This document shows, piece after piece, positions 16,834 through 24,528 of a stretch of 64,000 bases of DNA. The first letter of the stretch is position 1, and the number at the start of each line of letters is the position of its first letter. The stretch comes from Phycisphaerales bacterium UBA854. Lineage in GTDB: Bacteria; Planctomycetota; Phycisphaerae; Phycisphaerales; SM1A02. The position numbers were made by a program, and so were the translations under genes. The stretch covers positions 9,623 through 73,622 of the forward strand of contig DBGM01000002.1 of assembly GCA_002295885.1 (NCBI GenBank). The letters run 5' to 3'. The notes below the pieces were generated by a model. The model did no database searches. It had not been told where the DNA came from and saw only the letters and a program-made list of their open reading frames with translations.

Positions 16834-17967
16834 CTATCGCAGCCCAAGGACCGCTCTGGCGACCCGTTGGGCGGCATCGCCGGGAGATTCCCGGACCAGA
16901 ATCTCGCGCATCGCGGCCCGTGCCCCCGCATCCTCCACCAGATCGGCGAAGACCGGCGCCAGGGCACGCCGGGTCCGGTCCGTATCGATCGCATCCTCCA
17001 CGAGGACGGCTCCGCCCAGCTCGACCATCGGCTGGGCGTTGAAACGCTGGTGCTGATCGCGGTGATGCGGGTACGGCAGGAAGATGGTCGGTACCGCGGC
17101 GGCCCACGCTTCGGCGACGGAATTCGCTCCGGCCCGACTGATGCAGAGCGATGCCGCCGTCCACGCCAATCCCATTTCGTGCAGGAAAGGTACGACACGC
17201 GCACGCACCCCACCGGCATCCCATCGTTGCTGGAGCGCTTCCGTCAGTCCCTCGTCTCCGCAGAGATGCAGGATCTGCCAGGACGATCGGCAGGTGTCGT
17301 TCTCGATGCAGAGCGACGGGGCCAGTTCATTGATCGTTCGTGCCCCCTGCGAAGCACCGGTGATGAGCAGGGTGCGGCGATCGGGTTCCAATCCGAGTTC
17401 GAGCCGTGCGGCCTCCGCCGTGCCCCGTGCGGCGGCGGCGGATCGGATCGGCAGTCCGACCGCGGGCCATTCCGTGCCGTGCTGGATGGTCTGGACGGCG
17501 GAGAGCACGAGGTCGGCCTTTCGGGCGACCATTCGATTGGCGAGTCCGGGGACCCGGTCCAGGTTCAGGAGCAGTACGGGGATGTCGTGTCGGACGGCGG
17601 CGGAGACCACCGGGGCCGAAACGAATCCTCCAAGGGCCACGACGTGATCGATGTTGCGTTCACGCAGCACATTGGAGCTGTCCCGGAACGTCCGACGCCA
17701 TCCCCTGAAGAAGGAGGCGAACCCCCGCAGCGACTTCTTCGGCGGACGAGCGGGCATGGCGGTGAAGGAGGCGCCGGCCCGGGTCAGCATCGTGCGATCG
17801 ATTTCACGATCCGACGGGGCGAAGTGGCACGCGATTCGAGGATCGATGTTCCGCAACGCCTCGGCGATGGCCAGACCGGGGCTGATGTGTCCGCCACTGC
17901 CTCCACCTGCGAACAGCACGGACCGGGCGAGAGGAGTGACATCGGGAGGACCGTTGGAATCGATCAT
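16834..17967 (-). CDS. murG: UDP-N-acetylglucosamine--N-acetylmuramyl-(pentapeptide) pyrophosphoryl-undecaprenol GlcNAc transferase
   Basis: ORF 16834..18069 trimmed to MIDSNGPP (ATG 17965-17967). Motifs FAGGGSGGHISPGLAIAEAL, ITGASQGA and SRAGANSVAE. Confidence 0.9.
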   Translation of the reverse strand: MIDSNGPPDVTPLARSVLFAGGGSGGHISPGLAIAEALRNIDPRIACHFAPSDREIDRTMLTRAGASFTAMPARPPKKSLRGFASFFRGWRRTFRDSSNVLRERNIDHVVALGGFVSAPVVSAAVRHDIPVLLLNLDRVPGLANRMVARKADLVLSAVQTIQHGTEWPAVGLPIRSAAAARGTAEAARLELGLEPDRRTLLITGASQGARTINELAPSLCIENDTCRSSWQILHLCGDEGLTEALQQRWDAGGVRARVVPFLHEMGLAWTAASLCISRAGANSVAEAWAAAVPTIFLPYPHHRDQHQRFNAQPMVELGGAVLVEDAIDTDRTRRALAPVFADLVEDAGARAAMREILVRESPGDAAQRVARAVLGLR

Positions 17968-17971
17968 CGGC

Positions 17972-19126
17972 TCATTCGTTCCCGACCGGCAACGCCGTTG
18001 GTGCCGCCTGGTCCGCGGAACGATCCGCCGTTCGACGGTCGACCGCCCAGACCAGTCCGAGGCAGGCACTTGTCATCAGCCAGCCGGTGCCGCCCCACGA
18101 GACCAGAGGCAGTGCGATGCCCTTGGTCGGGGCCATACCGGTCACCACCATGAGGTTGATCAGGGCCTGCATGCCGAGCGTCAGCATGATTCCCAGCACC
18201 AGCACCTTGTGATGGATGGTGGTGGCACGCCGTGCGATGCGTAGTCCCACGACGAGGATCGCCATCAGCAGTCCGACCACCACCAGCACGCCGGCGATGC
18301 CCAGTTCCTCGGAGATGACCGAGAAGACGAAGTCTGTCGTGTCTTCGGGGAGGTAGCCGAACTTCTGGACGCTGTTGCCGAGGCCCCGACCCGTGAGTCC
18401 GCCGCCGGAGATGGAGGCCATGGACTGCAGGATGTGGTACCCGTAGCCCTGCGGATCGGCGTATGGATCGAGAAATGCCCGAAGTCGATCGATTCGGTAC
18501 GAACTGACCAGCACGGCGGCGACGAAGCCGAGGACGGCCAGCGGCAGCAGTGAAGCGGCGTGCCAGACACGGCATCCGGCGGCAACGAGCATGCAGATGG
18601 CCACGGCGGACATCAGGACCGCGGTGCCCAGATCCTCCGAGACGATCGGAAGCACCAGCAGCATGGCGATGCCCAGCCCTGGGAGGAAGCCGCTTCGGTA
18701 GCCCTGCAGCACCTCCGCACGGTTGGCGACGTACCACGCCATGATGATCACCAGGCTCCACTTGGCGATTTCACTCGGCTGGAACCCGAGGCCGCCGATG
18801 GTCAACCAGCGTCGGGCGCCGTTGACCTCGCGTCCGAGGCCCGGGACATGGACCAGTAGCAGCAGGCCCATGGAGATCGTGAAGAGGATGATGGCGAGTC
18901 GCCGCCCCGTCGTGGTGTCCGACAGCAGGTCGATCGGTGCGAAGGAGGTCAGCCAGGCCACCCCGCAGGCCAGAACCGCCATCAGGGTCACCCGCGTCGT
19001 CAGCAGATCGGCGAAATCGAACGACTGCGAGGAGCCCAGGTCGACACCGGCGGAATGGACCGCCACCACGCCGATCGCCAGAAGGCTGGTCAGCAGGAGC
19101 ATCAACGCATGGCCGGGACGAAGCAT
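17972..19126 (-). CDS. ftsW: FtsW/RodA/SpoVE (SEDS) family peptidoglycan polymerase
   Basis: Multi-TM protein with GARRWLTIGGLGFQPSEIAKW, SEDLGTA and QSMASISGGGLTGRGLGNS. The start is set at MLRPGHALMLLL (19126); the tracked ORF extends to 19351 through Pro-rich sequence. Confidence 0.85.
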   Translation of the reverse strand: MLRPGHALMLLLTSLLAIGVVAVHSAGVDLGSSQSFDFADLLTTRVTLMAVLACGVAWLTSFAPIDLLSDTTTGRRLAIILFTISMGLLLLVHVPGLGREVNGARRWLTIGGLGFQPSEIAKWSLVIIMAWYVANRAEVLQGYRSGFLPGLGIAMLLVLPIVSEDLGTAVLMSAVAICMLVAAGCRVWHAASLLPLAVLGFVAAVLVSSYRIDRLRAFLDPYADPQGYGYHILQSMASISGGGLTGRGLGNSVQKFGYLPEDTTDFVFSVISEELGIAGVLVVVGLLMAILVVGLRIARRATTIHHKVLVLGIMLTLGMQALINLMVVTGMAPTKGIALPLVSWGGTGWLMTSACLGLVWAVDRRTADRSADQAAPTALPVGNE

Positions 19127-19184
19127 CAACACAACATCGACGACGACGCACCACGAGGCACAGATTTCGGTTTCAGGAGGGGGG

Positions 19185-19424
19185 TCAGCGACCGGAGCCG
19201 TCGGCCATCCGTCGGGTGCTGGTGTCCGAAGCCGGAGCGGCCGGTTCGCCGATTCCCAGACGAACGGGGACCAGCTGCGACGAAACGGGAAGGAGGGCGG
19301 GGGCGGTGGGGGCCCGACCGGCGACCCGAACCTGCTGGCAGCCTCCCGCAACGCACAGGACCACCGTCAGCAGCAACGCGGCACGGCATCGGATCGGGTT
19401 GGAATCGCGGTGGGGATGAGGCAC
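19185..19424 (-). CDS. possible small lipoprotein (hypothetical)
   Basis: 79-aa ORF MPHPHRDSNPIRCRAALLLTVVLCVAGGCQQ... with a charged n-region, a hydrophobic core and a Cys after AGG (lipobox-like). It ends 58 nt upstream of ftsW. The mature part is low-complexity. Confidence 0.3.
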   Translation of the reverse strand: MPHPHRDSNPIRCRAALLLTVVLCVAGGCQQVRVAGRAPTAPALLPVSSQLVPVRLGIGEPAAPASDTSTRRMADGSGR

Positions 19425-19560
19425 GGTTCAGTTACGTCATCGACCCAAATCCGGTTCGCGATCGACCGTGAAGGCCAGATTTTGGCGTTGTCCGTTTCCG
19501 ATCGAACGGGATGGATCTTCTCGGACGGTCGTGCGAACCGCTCCGTCTGGGACGTTCGTC

Positions 19561-21183
19561 ATGGCTGTGGGTATGGCGGCCCTGTACGATGGGGAGCTCA
19601 TGGTCGAACTCACGATCAATGCCGGTGCCCGCACGGGTCCCACGGTCTATCTGGAGACCTTCGGGTGTCAGATGAACGAACTCGACAGCGAGTTGGTTCG
19701 CGGTCACCTGTCCGCCCTGGGGTATCGGTTCACGCCGGATCCGGGGCAGGCGGAGATCCTTCTCTACAACACTTGTTCCGTTCGCCAGCAGGCGGAGAAC
19801 AAGGCGTTGAGTCGTCTGGGGCTGCTCGGACGGGAGAAGGAGGACGGTCGTGAACTGGTGATCGGAGTGCTGGGCTGCATGGCCGAGCGAGAAGGTGCCG
19901 GGCTGCTGAACCGGATGCCGCAGATCGACTTTCTGTGCGGTCCGGGCGAACTCGATCGGGTTCCGATGCTCATCGACAACGCGCTGCGGAACGAGGTCGT
20001 GGCCCGCGACGACCGGGTTGCCCTTCAGGGGAGCCGGTCCCGACGGACCGCCACGCTGGCCGCCGCCGAGGATGATCTCGAGTCACTCGACCTCTCACGG
20101 GCCTTCGATCCGCAGTCGGCAGCGGCCGGAGGCCGCTCCGCCTACGTACGGATCACCCGTGGATGCAACAAGTTCTGCACCTACTGCGTGGTGCCGCAGA
20201 CCCGTGGCGCCGAGGTTCATCGGCCCCCGGATGCCATCGTCGACGAATGCCGTGCCCTGGCCGAACAGGGGGTGATCGAGATCACCCTGCTGGGGCAGAC
20301 GGTCAATCACTACCGATACGTCCACGGAGCGGCCGTGGACGATGAAGGCCGTGAAATGCCTCAGGTGGGGCCGGGAGCCGCCGCCTTCCGGAACAACGGG
20401 ATCGAATCCTCCGGCCGGAACGTCACGACGTTCGCCGATCTGCTGCAGCGGATCCACGAAGAGGTTCCGGCGGTGCAGCGTTTGCGGTTCGTCACCAGCT
20501 ACCCCCGCGACTTCGGCGACGACATCCTCGAAGTGATGGCTGCTTCTCCCCGGATCTGCCCCTACCTCCACGTACCGCTTCAGTCGGGATCCGACCGGAT
20601 CCTGAAGTTGATGAACCGGGGCTACGACGTCGCGACCTACGTCGATTTCATCGATCGCGTCTTCGACCATCTTCCACATGCCGCGGTGGCCGGAGATCTG
20701 ATCGTCGGATTCCCGACCGAGACGGAGGACGAGTTTCAGGAGACCTGCGACATGGTTCGTCGCATTCCCTTCAAGAACAACTTCGTCTTCACGTACTCGC
20801 CTCGCCCCGGTACACCCGCGATCAAGCGTCTCGAGGACGACGTGCCCGGCCCCGTCAAGCGACGCCGGATCAACGAACTGCTTGCAATCCAGAGCGAGGT
20901 GTCCGCAGACGTTCACCGTTCCTTCGAAGGCACCACCCAGGACGTCTTCGTGGAGCGGGTCAGTCCGTTGGAGCAGCGTCGGCCCGGCGGCGTTGAGTTG
21001 GGCTGGGAGGGCCCCGCGATGCAGTTGTCAGGACGGACGCCGGGGGATCTCATCACCGTTTTTGAGGCTCCTCCGGGGGTTGACGCGTCCTCGCTGATCG
21101 GTCGAATCCTCCCAGTCCGCATACATGGATCAGCCCCCCGGTTGCTTGTGGGGTCATTGGAACAGGTGAAATTGCCTGTTTAA
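19561..21183 (+). CDS. miaB: tRNA-2-methylthio-N6-dimethylallyladenosine synthase
   Basis: Motif VYLETFGCQMNELDSE, radical-SAM CNKFCTYCVVP, and a C-terminal TRAM-like region. The start is uncertain (ATG at 19561, 19573 or 19600). Confidence 0.88.
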   Translation: MAVGMAALYDGELMVELTINAGARTGPTVYLETFGCQMNELDSELVRGHLSALGYRFTPDPGQAEILLYNTCSVRQQAENKALSRLGLLGREKEDGRELVIGVLGCMAEREGAGLLNRMPQIDFLCGPGELDRVPMLIDNALRNEVVARDDRVALQGSRSRRTATLAAAEDDLESLDLSRAFDPQSAAAGGRSAYVRITRGCNKFCTYCVVPQTRGAEVHRPPDAIVDECRALAEQGVIEITLLGQTVNHYRYVHGAAVDDEGREMPQVGPGAAAFRNNGIESSGRNVTTFADLLQRIHEEVPAVQRLRFVTSYPRDFGDDILEVMAASPRICPYLHVPLQSGSDRILKLMNRGYDVATYVDFIDRVFDHLPHAAVAGDLIVGFPTETEDEFQETCDMVRRIPFKNNFVFTYSPRPGTPAIKRLEDDVPGPVKRRRINELLAIQSEVSADVHRSFEGTTQDVFVERVSPLEQRRPGGVELGWEGPAMQLSGRTPGDLITVFEAPPGVDASSLIGRILPVRIHGSAPRLLVGSLEQVKLPV

Positions 21184-21203
21184 GGGGTATTCACCCCTTC
21201 TTT
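21182..21203 (+). terminator. hairpin terminator after miaB
   Basis: AAGGGGT-ATTC-ACCCCTT followed by CTTT. The stem begins within the stop codon, and the T tract is weak. Confidence 0.5.
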
Positions 21204-21283
21204 GGTGGTACCCAGGGCTGTTTTTGAGTATTCGATCGCCATTTCTATGCAAAAAAAGACCGTAAATGCGATCGACTACAGAC

Positions 21284-21311
21284 TTGACTGCCCCTTCGAG
21301 TCGAGTAATTT
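21284..21311 (+). promoter_or_regulatory. putative sigma70-type promoter (TTGACT-N16-TAATTT)
   Basis: The hexamers are spaced by 16 nt inside the AT-richer spacer. The predicted start coincides with the first base of a stable 5' stem-loop (21318). Confidence 0.3.
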
Positions 21312-21317
21312 CAACTT

Positions 21318-21360
21318 GGAGTTTGTGGTGGGGGAGTCGGAAAGACTCCTTGCAAACTCT
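21318..21360 (+). promoter_or_regulatory. two-tier 5' stem-loop in leader of PEP-CTERM paralog gene
   Basis: GGAGTTTG...CAAACTCT outer helix (7 bp plus one GU) enclosing GGAGTC-GGAAA-GACTCC (6 bp). Confidence 0.4.
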
Positions 21361-21557
21361 TGGAAGATATGAGTTAAGGAATATCTAGTCTCCAACATCC
21401 CTGTCCCGTCCGAGGAAAGCCGGTTCTGTTCGAACCGTGCCGGTCAACTAGGACGGAGACTTCAAACCAGGTTGAAGCCTGGACTCGAGATTGAAGTCTT
21501 CTGGGATCAAGTGCACTTTGGATCCAAAGGTTCGACAGAGAAGAGAAAGGTAACGAC

Positions 21558-22205
21558 ATGAATGTCAAGCGATTTATGACGATCGCCGGTGGAGCAGCAC
21601 TGCTGACCACCACCGTTGCCCAGGCAGACTTCCAGGGTCTTAGCGCCGAGCTCGTCGGCACGGACCTCGTGGATGGCACCTGGACCGCACGTATCTACGC
21701 TGATCTCAGCGCAGGTTCCCGTTTGGACGCCGTTTACGGCAATGGTGACAATCCCCTGCTGATGACCACCACGTCCAGCCTCTACCAGAACGCGTTCGGT
21801 GGCGACACCTCCGCGTCCATCAACCCCGCTCTCTACGCCGCCTTCGATTCGCTGCGTTACGACAGCTGGGTCACCATCGGCCTCGAAGATCAGGGCAGCA
21901 ACGCTCTTGCCAGCATCGGCATCAACTTCGGTGCTGACGCAATCGATTCCGCTGACGGCTCCTGGTACATCACTCCCGATGACGCCCAGGGTCAGGAAAT
22001 CGGTGGTCGAGTGCTGATCGCTCAGTTCACCTCCTATGGCTATGATTCCACCCTTTACGGAACCATCTCCATGCAGGGCAAGAACGCTGACGGCTCCAAC
22101 TGGACCGCCGAAAGCGTCTCCTACGAGTTCGCTATTCCCGCACCCGGTGCCTTCGCGCTCCTGGGCCTCGCTGGTTTCGCGGGTCGTCGTCGTCGTCGCG
22201 CCTGA
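21558..22205 (+). CDS. secreted PEP-CTERM-type (PAP variant) protein, paralog family member 1
   Basis: 215 aa. Signal peptide MNVKRFMTIAGGAALLTTTVAQA. Shares the blocks RLDAVYG, YQNAFGGDTS, DSWVTIG, WYITPDDAQG and MQGKNADGSNW with the two genes downstream. Tail IPAPGAFALLGLAGFAGRRRRRA. Confidence 0.9.
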   Translation: MNVKRFMTIAGGAALLTTTVAQADFQGLSAELVGTDLVDGTWTARIYADLSAGSRLDAVYGNGDNPLLMTTTSSLYQNAFGGDTSASINPALYAAFDSLRYDSWVTIGLEDQGSNALASIGINFGADAIDSADGSWYITPDDAQGQEIGGRVLIAQFTSYGYDSTLYGTISMQGKNADGSNWTAESVSYEFAIPAPGAFALLGLAGFAGRRRRRA

Positions 22206-22271
22206 TAGTCGCCCGATGACACCTGGCCTTCCATGAAGGCCACGCTTCAACCAGAAGCATCCAGCCGCTGC

Positions 22272-22307
22272 GGCTTGTCCGCAGCGGCTGTCTTTTTGGG
22301 GTCTTCC
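22272..22307 (+). terminator. rho-independent terminator
   Basis: 12-bp stem CAGCCGCTGCGG / CCGCAGCGGCTG, loop CTTGT, then TCTTTTT. Confidence 0.85.
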
Positions 22308-22482
22308 CGTTGGTCTGCCTCACCGCATCGGAATGTGGCAAAGATGTGTACACGAGGTGCAGAAGCCCGCATTTCCTTCATTCGAATGGACGGTTGAATA
22401 TGGGTTAAAGGGCCTTCCACGACGTTTTTTCCGGTCATTCCAACAAATCACAACTCAGGGCCTGAACAACCTTGGAAGCCGC

Positions 22483-22510
22483 TTGACCGGGTGTCTGTTG
22501 GGGGTACATT
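22483..22510 (+). promoter_or_regulatory. putative sigma70-type promoter (TTGACC-N16-TACATT)
   Basis: Same hexamer spacing as at 141 and 21284, about 140 nt upstream of the ATG at 22648. Confidence 0.3.
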
Positions 22511-22647
22511 TACGCGTGGAAGCGATAGGTGTTGTTCCCTCCCTCCTTGGGACTGTGCGACTTCGAAGTGACAGGGAACTGAGGAACACCGAGAGAAGGA
22601 TTTGGCTCGCACTGCTTAAGCAGTCAATCAAAGAAGAGGAGACGGTC

Positions 22648-23319
22648 ATGAAGACCAAAATTGCACTGTGTGCCGGAGTTGGATCACTGATCCTTGCCTC
22701 CGCGGCCAGCGCAGGCTATTCAGGCCTCGTTGCCGAGGAGTTCAACGTTTCCGGCACGAATATCCTGGGACAGTCCTGGGACCTCGACGTCGTTCGAATC
22801 TACGCCCAACTCGAGAATGCGGGTGATCGACTCGACGCCGTCTACGGCTCCGCGGACAACCCGCTGTTCATCAACACCTCCGCGGAGTTCTATCAGAACG
22901 CCGCCGGTGGTGACACCTCGCTGCAGATCAATGCTGCACTGTTCGGTGTCTACAACTCGGTTGAATACGACACGTTCGTCACCATCGGTAATCTCAGTAG
23001 CACCGGTGATGCCCTGCTCGTGCAGGCGGTCGATTTCACCAACTTCTCAACGGAAGTAAGCACCAGCAACGGTACCTGGACCGTCACTCCCGACGATGCC
23101 CAGGGCGAAGCAGGGGCCGATGGTCTCGTACTGATCGGTCAGTTCAGCTTTGCTGCCGGTACCGGTGGTCTTTCCAGCATGGACGGTCTCGTCAACATGC
23201 AGGGAAAGAACGCAGACGGATCCAACTGGACCGCTCTGAACCAGTGGGTGCCGGCTCCCGGAGCCCTGGCTCTGCTGGGCCTGGCTGGAGTCGCCGGACG
23301 TCGGCGTCGCCGCCACTGA
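22648..23319 (+). CDS. secreted PEP-CTERM-type (PAP variant) protein, paralog family member 2
   Basis: ORF 22333..23319 trimmed to the ATG at 22648, which follows GAGGAGA. Signal MKTKIALCAGVGSLILASAASA. Tail VPAPGALALLGLAGVAGRRRRRH. Close paralog of 23738..24406. Confidence 0.9.
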   Translation: MKTKIALCAGVGSLILASAASAGYSGLVAEEFNVSGTNILGQSWDLDVVRIYAQLENAGDRLDAVYGSADNPLFINTSAEFYQNAAGGDTSLQINAALFGVYNSVEYDTFVTIGNLSSTGDALLVQAVDFTNFSTEVSTSNGTWTVTPDDAQGEAGADGLVLIGQFSFAAGTGGLSSMDGLVNMQGKNADGSNWTALNQWVPAPGALALLGLAGVAGRRRRRH

Positions 23320-23393
23320 GTCCATCGGCCTCGAGCTGATGGCCTTGTGTGGCCAACCCTCCGGGGTTCGCCATGCACCAACCACACACACGA

Positions 23394-23431
23394 CACCGCC
23401 GCAGGCTCGCCTGCGGCGGTGTTCATTTTTT
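23394..23431 (+). terminator. rho-independent terminator
   Basis: 12-bp stem CACCGCCGCAGG / CCTGCGGCGGTG, loop CTCG, then TTCATTTTTT. It is preceded by a short (CA)n run. Confidence 0.85.
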
Positions 23432-23737
23432 CACAATCCCCCGCTGCGAATGCCTTCCGGGGGCCCTCCCGGGGTGGGGGTCAACTCAGTGGCTCTCAGG
23501 GTGTCAAAAAAGCGGGTTCGTGGTGGTTCGTAAACCCATGGGCCAGTTGGGATTAATTGCAGATTCGGGGGTGGAATCCGGTCTGATTCTGGTAACTTCA
23601 GCAATGGAGTGTGGCGCAGTTGCCGCTCCCCATTCAGCTGTGTGGCTGGGGGGGAACCCGGTAACGGTGGAGCGCCGAATGAGAATGAGTGTGTGCACCA
23701 TATTTCACGTGAACTATGGAGGAAGAGAGGCATAACT

Positions 23738-24406
23738 ATGAAGACCTCAATGGCAATCTGTGGTGGCTTGGGATCCCTGATCCTCGCTGCCTCAGCGTCG
23801 GCAGGCTACGCTGGCCTGACGGCGGAAACGTTTAACGTTTCGGGCACCAACATTCTTGGGCAGTCGTGGGACCTGGACGTCGTCCGGCTCTACGTCAACC
23901 TCGAGAATGCGGGCGACCGACTCGATTCAGTGTTCGGTTCCGCTGACAACAATCTTGTCATCGGTACCGAAGCGTCGTTCTATCAGAACGCCGCTGGTGG
24001 AGATTCATCGCTTCAGATCAACTCCGCCCTCTTCGGTGTCTACAACTCTGTTGCGTTCGACACCTTCGTCACCATCGGTAACCTCAGTAGTACCGGTGAT
24101 GCTCTGCTTGTCCAGGCCGTCGATTTCAGCAACTTCGACTACGAAGTCAGCACTTCGAACGGCACCTGGACCGTCACCCCGGACGACGCCCAGGGTGAGG
24201 GGGCTGGTGGGCTCGTGCTCATCGGCCAGTTCAGTTTCGCAGCCGGCACCGGAGGCATCGACTCCATGTACGGCAATGTGAACCTGCAGGGCAAGAATGC
24301 AGATGGATCCACCTGGCAGGTCGTTGACCAGTGGATTCCGGCTCCCGGAGCTCTTGCTCTGTTGGGCCTTGCGGGTATCGCCGGCCGCCGGCGTCGCCGC
24401 AACTGA
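23738..24406 (+). CDS. secreted PEP-CTERM-type (PAP variant) protein, paralog family member 3
   Basis: ORF 23609..24406 trimmed to the ATG at 23738, which follows GGAGGAAGAGAGG. Signal MKTSMAICGGLGSLILAASASA. Tail IPAPGALALLGLAGIAGRRRRRN. Confidence 0.9.
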   Translation: MKTSMAICGGLGSLILAASASAGYAGLTAETFNVSGTNILGQSWDLDVVRLYVNLENAGDRLDSVFGSADNNLVIGTEASFYQNAAGGDSSLQINSALFGVYNSVAFDTFVTIGNLSSTGDALLVQAVDFSNFDYEVSTSNGTWTVTPDDAQGEGAGGLVLIGQFSFAAGTGGIDSMYGNVNLQGKNADGSTWQVVDQWIPAPGALALLGLAGIAGRRRRRN

Positions 24407-24476
24407 GGAAGGGCCTCGCAGCCTCACCTCCGCAGTTGAGACCCTCGGGTCGAGACTGCACCACACACACACACAG

Positions 24477-24511
24477 CACCGCCGCAGGCTTGCCTGCGGC
24501 GGTGTCCTTTT
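24477..24511 (+). terminator. rho-independent terminator (copy of the one at 23394)
   Basis: Identical 12-bp stem CACCGCCGCAGG / CCTGCGGCGGTG, loop CTTG, then TCCTTTT. It is preceded by (CA)n. Confidence 0.8.
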
Positions 24512-24528
24512 GGTGACGCCAAGTCGTA

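Noticed and set aside
21338-21354. A sigma-54-type -24/-12 promoter (GG...TTGCA) upstream of the first paralog, which would be expected if a PEP-CTERM-associated sigma-54 regulator were in play.
   Set aside because: The GG (21339-21340) and GC (21352-21353) dinucleotides are separated by 11 nt rather than the required 10. The element lies inside a predicted stem-loop. Similar candidates near 22340 and 23620 have the wrong spacing too.
21318-21557. A c-di-GMP or other known riboswitch in the long leaders of the secreted-protein genes.
   Set aside because: I could not find the conserved GEMM-type core sequences as I recall them. The three leaders share no common sequence. This needs an Rfam scan, and no claim can be made by eye.
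23349-23735. A 128-aa ORF filling the spacer between the second and third paralogs, and similar 60-70 aa ORFs in the other spacers.
   Set aside because: It runs straight through the strong terminator hairpin at 23394-23431. Its composition is atypical and it has no start context. The spacers are better explained as leaders and promoters.
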